The notes under the pieces: model-generated | What the model saw: the letters and a program-made list of their open reading frames with translations, nothing else | Told to the model about the DNA's origin: nothing | The model's database searches: none | Origin: an uncultured bacterium | GTDB taxonomy: Bacteria; Chloroflexota; UBA5177; JANWHV01 | NCBI GenBank assembly: GCA_963729625.1 | Contig: CAVSOU010000008.1 | Location: 768,001-832,000 of the forward strand | DNA length: 64,000 nt | Direction: 5' to 3' | Program-made: the position numbers and the translations under genes | Shown here: positions 1-8,579 of the stretch, piece after piece | Numbering within the stretch: the stretch's first letter is position 1 | How the letters are laid out: every line of letters starts with the position of its first letter

Positions 1-389
1 TCGGGGGAGCCATCCTGCGCGACGTATCCCAAGGCGCCTGCGTGCAGGTAGGCGAGGGCGCCGGCATTGTCTGCTGCGCCCAGCACAAGAATCGATACCA
101 CCGGAAATTGGCGACCGATCATACGCACTATCGACAGGCCATCGTTCGGGGGCCGCACGGCGCCGACCAGCACGACTCGAGGCTGCAGTGCGGCGATCTG
201 TGTGGAGGTCTGGCGACCACTCCTGGCATCGCCTACCACTATGACACCTGCTCTCGCCCGCAGCATAGCGTGCAGTCGATGGCGTGCGGGGATCTGATCT
301 TGCACGATCAAGACAAACACCACCCTGGCGCGTACGGCAGGTTTCCCTTCCAGGGTTTCCGTGCGATCTATGTCCGCTACTGCGCTCAA
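1..389 (-). CDS. Atypical response-regulator receiver domain protein (NarL-like), runs off the window edge
   Basis: Not in the ORF track because it has no stop in the window. Minus-strand translation: VFVLIVQDQIPARHRLHAMLRARAGVIVVGDARSGRQ...QPRVVLVGAVRPPNDGLSIVRMI...VSILVLG...YLHAGALGYVAQDGSP, a receiver-fold pattern. TTG start at 389 is tentative. Confidence 0.7.
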   Translation of the reverse strand, partial: MSAVADIDRTETLEGKPAVRARVVFVLIVQDQIPARHRLHAMLRARAGVIVVGDARSGRQTSTQIAALQPRVVLVGAVRPPNDGLSIVRMIGRQFPVVSILVLGAADNAGALAYLHAGALGYVAQDGSP

Positions 390-519
390 TCCTCGACTCG
401 GCTCGCGCCTGCGTGCACTATGGGCAGAGCGCGAATGTCAGGTCTCGGGAGTAGAGGAGCTGCCAGAAAATGCTCATGCCTCCCTTTTCGCGCGCGTGTT
501 CCACGCAAATGGCGTCGCT

Positions 520-1155
520 TCAGTGCAGCCGGAACGTTCCCGCCATCTGGAGGAACTCGGGCAGCGCGGCTTCGCGAGCCGCGCCGGTCACTGCAGTGAG
601 GACAATGCGCCAGCCGCGCTGTGCCGCCACGAACACCGCCTCGGTCCTGTAGAGTGCGTCGTCGCCCCGGCCCGTCTGCACCTCGAGCACGTATGCCGGT
701 TGCCCACCTGCCTCGGTCGTGCCCAGACTCCGCGCCGTGTATGCGTTGGTCGCGTACGCCTCCTCAGCGCGCTGCAGGTCCAGCAGCACGATGTCCGCGT
801 AATCGGCCGAGGTCAGACCGGAGCCGGACGGCAGGCGCTCGGCCGACACGTCGATGTCGCCAACCATACGCTTGGAGAAGACGTCGCCGTCGAAGTATGT
901 CCCCGGAAGCCGGCGCGACGAACCGGAGATGCTCCCGCCGGCCTGCCAGCCGGGCGGGTAGCCGATGCTGTATGGCAGGACTCGTGAGCTGTACAGCGTG
1001 AATCCCGCGGGGAGCGTGGCGCGGACAGCGCCGGCCCGCTGTTGCCCCAGCCCGTTCGGCGCCCACGCGGGCAGGGTCGCGAAGATCGCGGCAAGCACCA
1101 GCGCCGCTGTGAGCGCGCGAGGGCATCGGTACCGCTGGGCAGGGACTGTCTCCAT
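520..1155 (-). CDS. Secreted protein, PsbP/DcrB-like fold
   Basis: Signal peptide (ALTAALVLAAIFATLPAWA), YSIGYPPGW motif, AAGGGAG RBS before ATG. Confidence 0.7.
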   Translation of the reverse strand: METVPAQRYRCPRALTAALVLAAIFATLPAWAPNGLGQQRAGAVRATLPAGFTLYSSRVLPYSIGYPPGWQAGGSISGSSRRLPGTYFDGDVFSKRMVGDIDVSAERLPSGSGLTSADYADIVLLDLQRAEEAYATNAYTARSLGTTEAGGQPAYVLEVQTGRGDDALYRTEAVFVAAQRGWRIVLTAVTGAAREAALPEFLQMAGTFRLH

Positions 1156-1715
1156 GATGTGCTCCCTTCTTGTTGCGACGGTTCGAAACAGGCTCAGGCG
1201 GCGCCTCGCCCTGCCGTCGCGTGGGCTCGCGCCGCGGCGTGACGGAGCCGGGCAGCGAATGCACAGGCGTCGCAGTCAGGGCAGCGCAGGGCGCCGGCGA
1301 TCCTGTCGGCAGTTGCTTGCCCACGCAGCGGGTATGCACGGTCGCCATCGCCATGCCTATTCTGTTTGCTGTGGCTGCAGGAGAGGCAGCCCGGCCGGCT
1401 GCACCGGCGATACTGCTGGTTATAGCTCACGCGCGGGGCTGGCTCATCCTTGCTGCGGGCCATCTGCGGCCTCCGTGCACGGCGAGGCGTCTACTACAGG
1501 AAAGTATGGCGCAGCCGTGAGGCGCACGCAAGAGACAGTTCCCAGCGTGGCGAAGTATGGCGCATTAGGTTTGCGTGCTTGTGTCGACTCGAGTTCGAGC
1601 CACCCGAGCGCCGGCAGTACATCTTGACGGGATTCGCCGGTTAGGTTGCGACGCCGTACTAGCCAATGAGGTCGTCGACGAGGTCGACAATCATCGTGTT
1701 ACAACGTCGCCTGCG

Positions 1716-3290
1716 TCACCTGTCGAGGACTGCCTCCTGAAGCACGCCAACCGCACCGTCCCCCGGCATGCTTCCCATGGTGTAGCGTACGACCCTGCTG
1801 GGAAGAGCACCACTGCGTTCGCGCAGAATGGCAGTCGCGGCGTCTGCCTGAGATGCCCACAGCTCGTCTATGGTCTCCCGTGGTGTCCGCGAGGCAAGCG
1901 TAGCCGTCGCTGTGCTCAAGTGCTCTGCCCACAGGCGAAGCCGGAGGCTGCGTGCCAGGTCATCGCTCAGCACCGGCACGTTCAGCTCGCTGTCCCCTTC
2001 CAAGCCACGCGCATTCAAGTTTGCTGAGCCGACCGTACACCATTCGTCGTCGATGATCGCCACCTTGGCGTGCACGTAGACCGGCTTGTAGATCCATGAG
2101 CGGTGATCCATCGCCCGGGCTGAGGTATAGAGGGTAACTAGCTGAACACGGCCGCGCCCATCGTCGGCATCGAGCAGTTGCTGGAGGTGGACGTCGGTAT
2201 CGCGCTTGCCTATGTTCGGCATTGCCGGCAACACGAGCACGATGCGAAAGTCGGGATCGGTGCATCGACGCAGTGCGGCAATCAACTCGTTCGTCACCGC
2301 GGGTGACCAGAGATACTGATTCTCAATGTAGATGAAGCGCTGCGCGTTCTTCAGCGCCTGGCGGTATGCCCAGGCGATGCCGAACTCACCGTGCGGGGCA
2401 AACGGATAGGTGTGGGCCGGGATGGTACGTAGCACCTGAACGGGTGCGCCCTGGCCGGGCGCATCGCGCGCCGTCCCGGCTACGGTCAGCGTTTCGTGGC
2501 AGATTGCCTGCCACCGTTGGGCAAAGTTCTGCGCCACGTCAGCGGCTGCCTGGCCCGCTAGCTGGAGACACACATCATGCCAGTTGAAGCCGGCGCGCAC
2601 GGGATGCGCCGTCGTATCCCAACGGTCTATATCATGGTCCGTCATATCCAGGCCACCCACGAACGCGGTGTGCCCGTCTACCACGATCGTCTTCTGGTGA
2701 TGGCAATGGGTCCAGCGAACATGACTGTCTACCCTGCCCAGAATGGCAGGGTTGGCGAGACGCAGCTGCTTCAGGCTGCGGCGCGCCGCACGGGCGCGAG
2801 GCTGAAACACAGTCGCACCGCGCCACAGCAATACACGCACGTCGACATGCGCGGCCACATCGGCAAGCAGATCCACCACGCTGTAGCCGCTAAGGTGCTG
2901 CGGACTGGCGGGTCGAATGGTCTTTCTGTCTTCACCCCGCACGAGGTCCATCGACGCGGACATCGCCCAGTCCGCGAGCCAAACGGAGTACTTGGCCTCG
3001 CGAATCGCGCACCACGCCGCTAGAAACGCTTCCTGACCATCAACATGGATGGTCACATTCGTGTTGGGGCGCGGCGGAGTGCCGGCCGGAAACCATTGGG
3101 GTTCGTCCCCCCACCAGGCGCCCGCTTCGGGTTGCAGGTCTTCGCATTGGCGCCACTCGCGGTAGCCGTGCCGCCACCGCGAGCCACCACGGTCACGAAG
3201 CACCACGCCGGCGCGTTCGACGTGGGATGCCAGTCTCACGCTCTGTTTGCTCCCGTGTTCGAGGCCACTGCCTGACGGCGGTCCGGGCAC
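1716..3290 (-). CDS. Phospholipase D family protein (two HKD motifs)
   Basis: HHQKTIVVD...GGLD and VHAKVAIID...GSANLN; FIYIENQY motif. Start uncertain. Confidence 0.9.
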   Translation of the reverse strand: MPGPPSGSGLEHGSKQSVRLASHVERAGVVLRDRGGSRWRHGYREWRQCEDLQPEAGAWWGDEPQWFPAGTPPRPNTNVTIHVDGQEAFLAAWCAIREAKYSVWLADWAMSASMDLVRGEDRKTIRPASPQHLSGYSVVDLLADVAAHVDVRVLLWRGATVFQPRARAARRSLKQLRLANPAILGRVDSHVRWTHCHHQKTIVVDGHTAFVGGLDMTDHDIDRWDTTAHPVRAGFNWHDVCLQLAGQAAADVAQNFAQRWQAICHETLTVAGTARDAPGQGAPVQVLRTIPAHTYPFAPHGEFGIAWAYRQALKNAQRFIYIENQYLWSPAVTNELIAALRRCTDPDFRIVLVLPAMPNIGKRDTDVHLQQLLDADDGRGRVQLVTLYTSARAMDHRSWIYKPVYVHAKVAIIDDEWCTVGSANLNARGLEGDSELNVPVLSDDLARSLRLRLWAEHLSTATATLASRTPRETIDELWASQADAATAILRERSGALPSRVVRYTMGSMPGDGAVGVLQEAVLDR

Positions 3291-3300
3291 GGCACGCCGC

Positions 3301-3325
3301 CATCATCCATCATCCATCATCCATC
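3301..3325. repeat. Heptamer tandem repeat (CATCATC) x3.5
   Basis: catcatc catcatc catcatc catc between the PAP2 stop and the PLD 5' end. Confidence 0.85.
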
Positions 3326-3329
3326 GATA

Positions 3330-4106
3330 CTATAGCGGCTGCCCAGGCAATCGGTTCCTTGCGGCTGCACCATGCCCAAGGCGGGACTTGAGGAGAAGGT
3401 GCAGCTCGATCGTGCCGGCCAGCCATACGCCGGCAAACAGATAGGCTCCCACTACGTCGCTTGGCCAGTGTTCGCCGAGATACACGCGCGAGGGGCCGAC
3501 CAGCAGCATCAGTAGAGCCAGAAGCACCAGGACGATGCCACGCGCAAGCCCTCCGCGCCAGCTCACAAGAACGGCGTAGAAGGCAAAACCGAAGAGCGTG
3601 ACATACTGCACGACGTGGCCGGAGGGAAAGCTGTAGCCGCCCAGGTGGTTGGCAATGGTAATGCCGGCCCCGGAGGGCCGCGCACGTCCAATGATGACCT
3701 TGACCTCACCGCCGATCACTCCCGCCAGGGCAGACGAGGAGATGGCCAGTATGGCTTCCAAACGTAATCCTGCACCGAAGAGGCCCGCAAGCACCAGTAT
3801 GTACGAAACGATGTTCAGCGGAGCGAAGCCCAGATCGCTTTCATGCGTGAGCACCCAGTCGTATACCGGCTGGTGAATGGACTGCACGGCACTGGCGATG
3901 GGCCGGTCGAATTGCAGGAGGGCGCTGCTCTCGTGCGCCAGCACTCCTAGCGCGACAAATCCACTAATCGCCGCTGCCAAAAGGCCAGCATAGAGGTACG
4001 TGACGGCGCCTCTTTGTTCAGGTTTCTCACGCCGTCTCCATGGGCAGCAGCACTGTGAACGTCGCGCCCGCCCCTTCCTTACTCCCCACCTCGATCGCGC
4101 CGCCAT
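3330..4106 (-). CDS. PAP2 family membrane phosphatase (true start unclear, near 4010-4030)
   Basis: KVIIGRARP, SFPSGH and SRVYLGEHWPSDV are the three PAP2 motifs; multiple TM helices. Confidence 0.88.
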   Translation of the reverse strand: MAARSRWGVRKGRARRSQCCCPWRRREKPEQRGAVTYLYAGLLAAAISGFVALGVLAHESSALLQFDRPIASAVQSIHQPVYDWVLTHESDLGFAPLNIVSYILVLAGLFGAGLRLEAILAISSSALAGVIGGEVKVIIGRARPSGAGITIANHLGGYSFPSGHVVQYVTLFGFAFYAVLVSWRGGLARGIVLVLLALLMLLVGPSRVYLGEHWPSDVVGAYLFAGVWLAGTIELHLLLKSRLGHGAAARNRLPGQPL

Positions 4107-4215
4107 GCAGCTCCACTATCTCTCTCACGCCGGCCAGTCCGATCTTCGAGCCGGGCACCGATCCCAAGACGTTCGTTCCGCGATGGAAACGGTTGAAGAT
4201 GAAGGGCGTCAGGTG
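4027..4215 (-). pseudogene. Histidine kinase C-terminal (HATPase_c) fragment
   Basis: IFNRFHRG...GSKIGLAGVREIVELHGGAIEVGSKEGAGATFTVLLP matches the F/G2 boxes and terminal strands; no H, N or G1 boxes upstream. Confidence 0.8.
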
Positions 4216-4565
4216 CCACTTACTCCGCAATTCCGCTTGGGCACGTGCCGCTGCCCCGCCTTGCCCTGATTGGTTGCCGCCAATACAACGACGTGCCGAT
4301 CCTTCCTCTGTATCCGCTTTCTGGATCTTACCGCCCCCGGGAGTCGACGGGCACAGCCTGCAAGCTGCCGACTGGCGCTTGCGCGGCATATAATTGGAGC
4401 GAGCGTTTGGTCGGCATCAGCGGATGCGCGAGTTGAACCACGTGCATGTGGCTCAAGAGGCCAATTCCGGCGCGCCGGCTGAGCGGTCGAGCGGGATCGT
4501 GAAGGTCCTATTGGGTTCGACACCGTCCGGTATTTCGTCCGAGCATGGTTTGAAGGTTGGTGCAT

Positions 4566-5673
4566 ATGGCTCAGCAGCACGCGCGACAGTCCGAAACGAA
4601 CCTGAACCGGCCTGCCTGGATGCCGCCCCCTGACTATCGGCGCCTGTTGACCACCCTGCGGCGCGAGGAGCCGGATCGGGTGCCGATCGCCGAACTGGGC
4701 GTGGACCCGCCGATCAAGGAGAAGCTCCTCGGTCGGCCGGTGCGAGGGGTTGAGGACGACGTCGAGTTCTGGTATCGGGCCGGGTACGACTACATCTACC
4801 TGCGCCCCGCGTACGAGTTCCCGGGCACCATGACCGGCAATGTGACCACCGGCCAGCCGAAGTACGACCACAACCTCGACTATGAAGAGAAGAGTCTCTC
4901 CATGACCGAATCGGGGGTCATTGCCACGATGGCCGATGTGGACGCGTACGCGTGGCCCGATCCGGGTTGTGACGCCTACTACCAACCGCTGACCGATGCG
5001 GTGCGGTGCCTGCCGTCCGGTATGGGACTGATCTCGGGCGTAGGCGGCATCTTCACCCGCGTCTGGATGCTGCTCGGATTTGAGCGATTCTGCATCGCGT
5101 TAAGCGAGGACCCGGAGCTGATCGCCGAGTTGTTCCGGCGGGTGGCGGCCACTCAGATCGCCGTACTGGAACGAGTCATCCGTGAGCCGGGCCTGATTGC
5201 CGTCTGGTACGGAGACGACCTTGCGTACACCAGATCGTTAATGGTCTCGCCAAAGGTCTACAGGCAGTATCTGTTTCCCCATATGGAGGCACTTGCCGGG
5301 ATCGCCCATCGCGCGGGGATGCCCTTCATGTACCACACCGATGGCAGGCTTTGGGACGTGATCCCCGATCTCAGTTGCCGTCGGCGTGGATGCTCTCCAC
5401 CCCATTGAGACCCAGGCCATGGATATCAATGAGGTGAAACGACTTTATGGCAAGCACCTGGCCCTGATCGGCAACATCGACCCCAACACGCTGGGGCTGG
5501 GCACGCCGGAGCAGGTGCGAGCGGAGGTGCGCCAGCGCATCAGGGAGCTTGCCCCGGGCGGCGGTTATGCGGTCGGAGCCAGTCCAGGCATCGCCTACTA
5601 CATGCGCATGGAGAACTATGAGGCGATGCGGCGTTGCGTCTTTGAGGAGGGCATGTATCCAATCAAAGCATGA
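4566..5673 (+). pseudogene. Uroporphyrinogen decarboxylase / MtaA-like family protein, split by a +1 frameshift
   Basis: EPDRVP, GDDLAY, MVSPKVYRQYLFP and HTDG in the first ORF; DALHPIE, LIGNIDP, GTPEQV and LAPGGGY in the second. Removing the A at ~5373 gives DL-VAVGVDALHPIE. Confidence 0.8.
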
Positions 5674-5897
5674 TCCGCCACTCGTGGTGTCGCACGCGAC
5701 TGGCTGTTGGGTGTGAGCCTCGTCACGTGCCACTGCTCGTGCTCAGTCTAGAGAACCTCGCTGTGCAACAACGGTAGGTATGTACATGGTTGGTCTGAAG
5801 GGAGCATGGGTCATGGCACGGCTGCATGCGTTAGTGTTGGCTTCTCTCGTCCTCATCGGCGCCGCGAGCCAGCTTCCCGCGGCGCGATTCTCGACTC

Positions 5898-6833
5898 TCA
5901 ACGAACACGAGAGTTGTGGATCTCCCGCGCAAACGCTGCTGCTTCGCCAGTGAGACTCGCGGGTATGGAAAACTCCACGTGATAACACACTCGCGAGCGT
6001 CCAAGTCCGAAGACAATCGTCGATTCCGGCTGGCCTTGCCTCACTTCAGCTGAGTGGAGCGAACGCAGTGGCATGATCCAGGCATCGCAACCATAGGAGG
6101 TCTGTCTGCGGAGGGCGCGCGGCGCGTTCTTCACGAGCAGGACTTGTTGGTCCGTTCGGGCAAGCAGCATTGCCGGCTGCTCGTGCGCCAGCAGTGTCAG
6201 GCGTTGCAAGAGGTGTCCCCTGCGAAGTGCGGGAAAGCTGAGAAAGCTTCGCACCTGCTCGTTCGGCGCCAGGTACTTCCGCAGGTAATAACGTTGCCGG
6301 TGGCTCGCCTTGGCCGCGGCGTGGCTGGCTGCTCCAACCTGCTCCGTAGGTGCCGCGCCGGGACCGGCGGCAGTCGACCGCCGGTGAGAATCCAGACTCG
6401 TTCGGATCAGGCTTAGGGCGGCGAGAACTGACGGCTCATTTACTCCGTTGTAGACGATGGTCACGCGTTGCATTCCGTCGGGTGACGCCAGCACAAACGT
6501 GATCGCGCAATCCAATAGATGAGAGCGAAGCTCGATTGCGACCATCGCGTCGATCGAGCTGGACGCGGCGACGTATTGCCGAGCCGCGCTGGTAGTGGCG
6601 CTATCCTCCGGATCGTCCAGCACAAGCACGCGTTCCCGGCAGACAATCAGCGCTCGACCAGGCTCCGGGCGCCTTCCAGCGGATCGGCCATACGACCGAA
6701 CGTTTGGCGGATCGCGGAAGCTTGCCAGGTATGCGACACCCAGCACAGCTTCTGACGAAGCCAGTTGGCGCTCGACGGCGGCCTTGAGTAAAGGCGGGAG
6801 ACGGTCAAGGGACATCATGGTTGGCTCGGCCAT
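5898..6833 (-). CDS. Hypothetical protein with two similar halves (PH-like, tentative)
   Basis: Long ORF with natural composition. Halves share the pattern L-x3-E-x-V...hydrophobic strand...(C/T)x(E/Q)(R/Q)V(L)(V/L). Confidence 0.6.
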   Translation of the reverse strand: MAEPTMMSLDRLPPLLKAAVERQLASSEAVLGVAYLASFRDPPNVRSYGRSAGRRPEPGRALIVCRERVLVLDDPEDSATTSAARQYVAASSSIDAMVAIELRSHLLDCAITFVLASPDGMQRVTIVYNGVNEPSVLAALSLIRTSLDSHRRSTAAGPGAAPTEQVGAASHAAAKASHRQRYYLRKYLAPNEQVRSFLSFPALRRGHLLQRLTLLAHEQPAMLLARTDQQVLLVKNAPRALRRQTSYGCDAWIMPLRSLHSAEVRQGQPESTIVFGLGRSRVCYHVEFSIPASLTGEAAAFAREIHNSRVR

Positions 6834-6953
6834 AGTGATATATCCATCCGGAACTGTCAGGTCAATCCGAGTCACACTGTAGCACGGAGCGCGAATACCT
6901 GCCGTGAGTCGGCGAGGTCGGAGCAGTGTCGGCACAGTTCCTGGTTTGGGCCC

Positions 6954-8066
6954 TTATATGCCCAGCATGCTGCGCTTGCCATAGCCGACCAGCTCGGTGT
7001 AGGCTCGCCCCGCAATCGGCTTGCCCCGCAGGGTGCCGGATACGACGCAGCTCCCCTCCCAGTACGTCGAGCCCAGGCCGAGCGGATCGACGACCTCCTG
7101 ACCGGCCATCACCGGCGTCACCTGAGCATCCAGCCCAAGCGCGGGCACCACGATGTGCCAGCCCTGCGGATACCGCGTGCCGGTGGCGGGACTGGTCCAC
7201 GATCGTCCTGACGGGGTCATCTGTGAATCAGTCGTATCCACCTGCGTGCCGTTTGGGAAGCTTGCGGCCGCGCTCTTGGCCACGAGGCGCGAGCGATCGA
7301 AGTTGCTGAGCACGACGCTGATGCCGTTGTCGAGTTGCACGCCCATCCAGTCCCAGCCACGTATCTTGTCCCATCGCCAGGTCCCCCATTGGTGGTCCAT
7401 CCAGGTGACACCCGTCACGCTATACGATCGGCCGGCAAGGGTCAGCGTGCCCGTGGTAGCGAGATTGGTCAGGCTGTAGTAGTAGGAGTAACCCCCGGCG
7501 CCCATCGAAACGACCCCGTGTCCGCCTTCCAGCAAGGGCGTGCGCGCGGTCTCCACCGTGAGATCGACGGCGCCGGCGCTCATAGCGCCACGAATCCGAT
7601 ACGCGATGTTCGGTCCCGGCAGCGTATCGATAGCCGACGACACGCCGTCGCCGGCAGCGCGGATGGTCAAGGTCTTGGCTGACATAGTTGTCTTTGGCGG
7701 ATTGGGCAGCACGTAGCTCACGCGTGCATGAAACATGCGGGCAGCCTCGTCGGTTATGGCGAAGTCGACACGATAGCCGGTGTCGATCGGCGACAGCGGA
7801 AACACGTTCTTCAAACCCTGCAGCTTGAAGGTGACGAGCTCAAAACCGAAGGTGCGCCCCGTCGTGTCGCGCAGGTGCCCGGTGTAGTACCACCACTCGG
7901 TCTGAGCATTCGGATGCATGCGCGCATCGCCGGGCAGCACGATCGCTGCGAACGCCACGGGACGGGCGCGTGCCACGTTGGCAGGCACCGCCTGAGCGAG
8001 AATCGTGAGCGCCGCCAGCACCAGCCACCAGAAGATTGATCTGTCTCTGCTCACGCCCGTTGCCAT
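6954..8066 (-). CDS. AttH/CrtC-like lipocalin-domain secreted hydrolase
   Basis: EWWYYTGHL, SYYYS, WMDHQWG, GWDWMGVQLD and YWEG motifs; N-terminal signal peptide. Confidence 0.85.
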   Translation of the reverse strand: MATGVSRDRSIFWWLVLAALTILAQAVPANVARARPVAFAAIVLPGDARMHPNAQTEWWYYTGHLRDTTGRTFGFELVTFKLQGLKNVFPLSPIDTGYRVDFAITDEAARMFHARVSYVLPNPPKTTMSAKTLTIRAAGDGVSSAIDTLPGPNIAYRIRGAMSAGAVDLTVETARTPLLEGGHGVVSMGAGGYSYYYSLTNLATTGTLTLAGRSYSVTGVTWMDHQWGTWRWDKIRGWDWMGVQLDNGISVVLSNFDRSRLVAKSAAASFPNGTQVDTTDSQMTPSGRSWTSPATGTRYPQGWHIVVPALGLDAQVTPVMAGQEVVDPLGLGSTYWEGSCVVSGTLRGKPIAGRAYTELVGYGKRSMLGI

Positions 8067-8193
8067 TCTCGACTCCCATGCCACGCCCGGACGATGCCAC
8101 CTAACCGAAGGTTCCGCCGAGCGACCGAACGCACGGCATTCCATTGCATCAGTACCAGGATCGCGACTGATGAGGCAAGCCTGGATAACCCCA

Positions 8194-8222
8194 TGGATAT
8201 TATAGAACAAATATTCTATTAT
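8194..8222 (+). promoter_or_regulatory. Sigma70-type promoter containing a LexA (Gram-positive-type SOS) box candidate
   Basis: TGGATA(8194-8199)-N17-TATTAT(8217-8222). Palindrome ATAGAACAAATATTCTAT (8202-8219) = AGAAC-N4-ATTCT, one mismatch to AGAAC-N4-GTTCT. A perfect TATAAT lies on the minus strand at 8204-8199. Confidence 0.6.
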
Positions 8223-8276
8223 GTCTGCAGATGGTTAAACCGTGCTCACCCGCCGCCGCCCAGACAGGAGAAGACC

Positions 8277-8453
8277 ATGGCCACCTCCGAACGAGAACTG
8301 CGTCGACCTCGCAGCAATACCTGTGCCGTACGCAGATCGCGCACTGCCGATCGCCCGTGGCACCACCCGGAGTTCGCCGGCGACCTGTTCCTCGGTGCGC
8401 TTGCGCTGTACGTGATCTACTTGCTGGCCAGTATGATGGTCGTGCTGCCATAA
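8277..8453 (+). CDS. Small (58 aa) membrane protein with basic N-terminus and one C-terminal TM helix
   Basis: AGGAG RBS 6 nt before ATG; MATSERELRRPRS...FAGDLFLGALALYVIYLLASMMVVLP. Confidence 0.65.
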   Translation: MATSERELRRPRSNTCAVRRSRTADRPWHHPEFAGDLFLGALALYVIYLLASMMVVLP

Positions 8454-8579
8454 GGCCGCGGGCCCGGCAGCGGCGGCTCACGCACGAAGAACCTGACGCC
8501 GGAGGCCTTGGCCCAATTGCGGTTATTTGCAGCATGACCGGCTGGCACGACCTCCCAGGTTGAGAATAGGCCCCAGGAT

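Noticed and set aside
1194-1463. Small Cys-rich ORF with CxxC motifs
   Set aside because: No RBS, it overlaps the probable promoter region of the 520-1155 gene, and its composition looks like non-coding GC-rich sequence.
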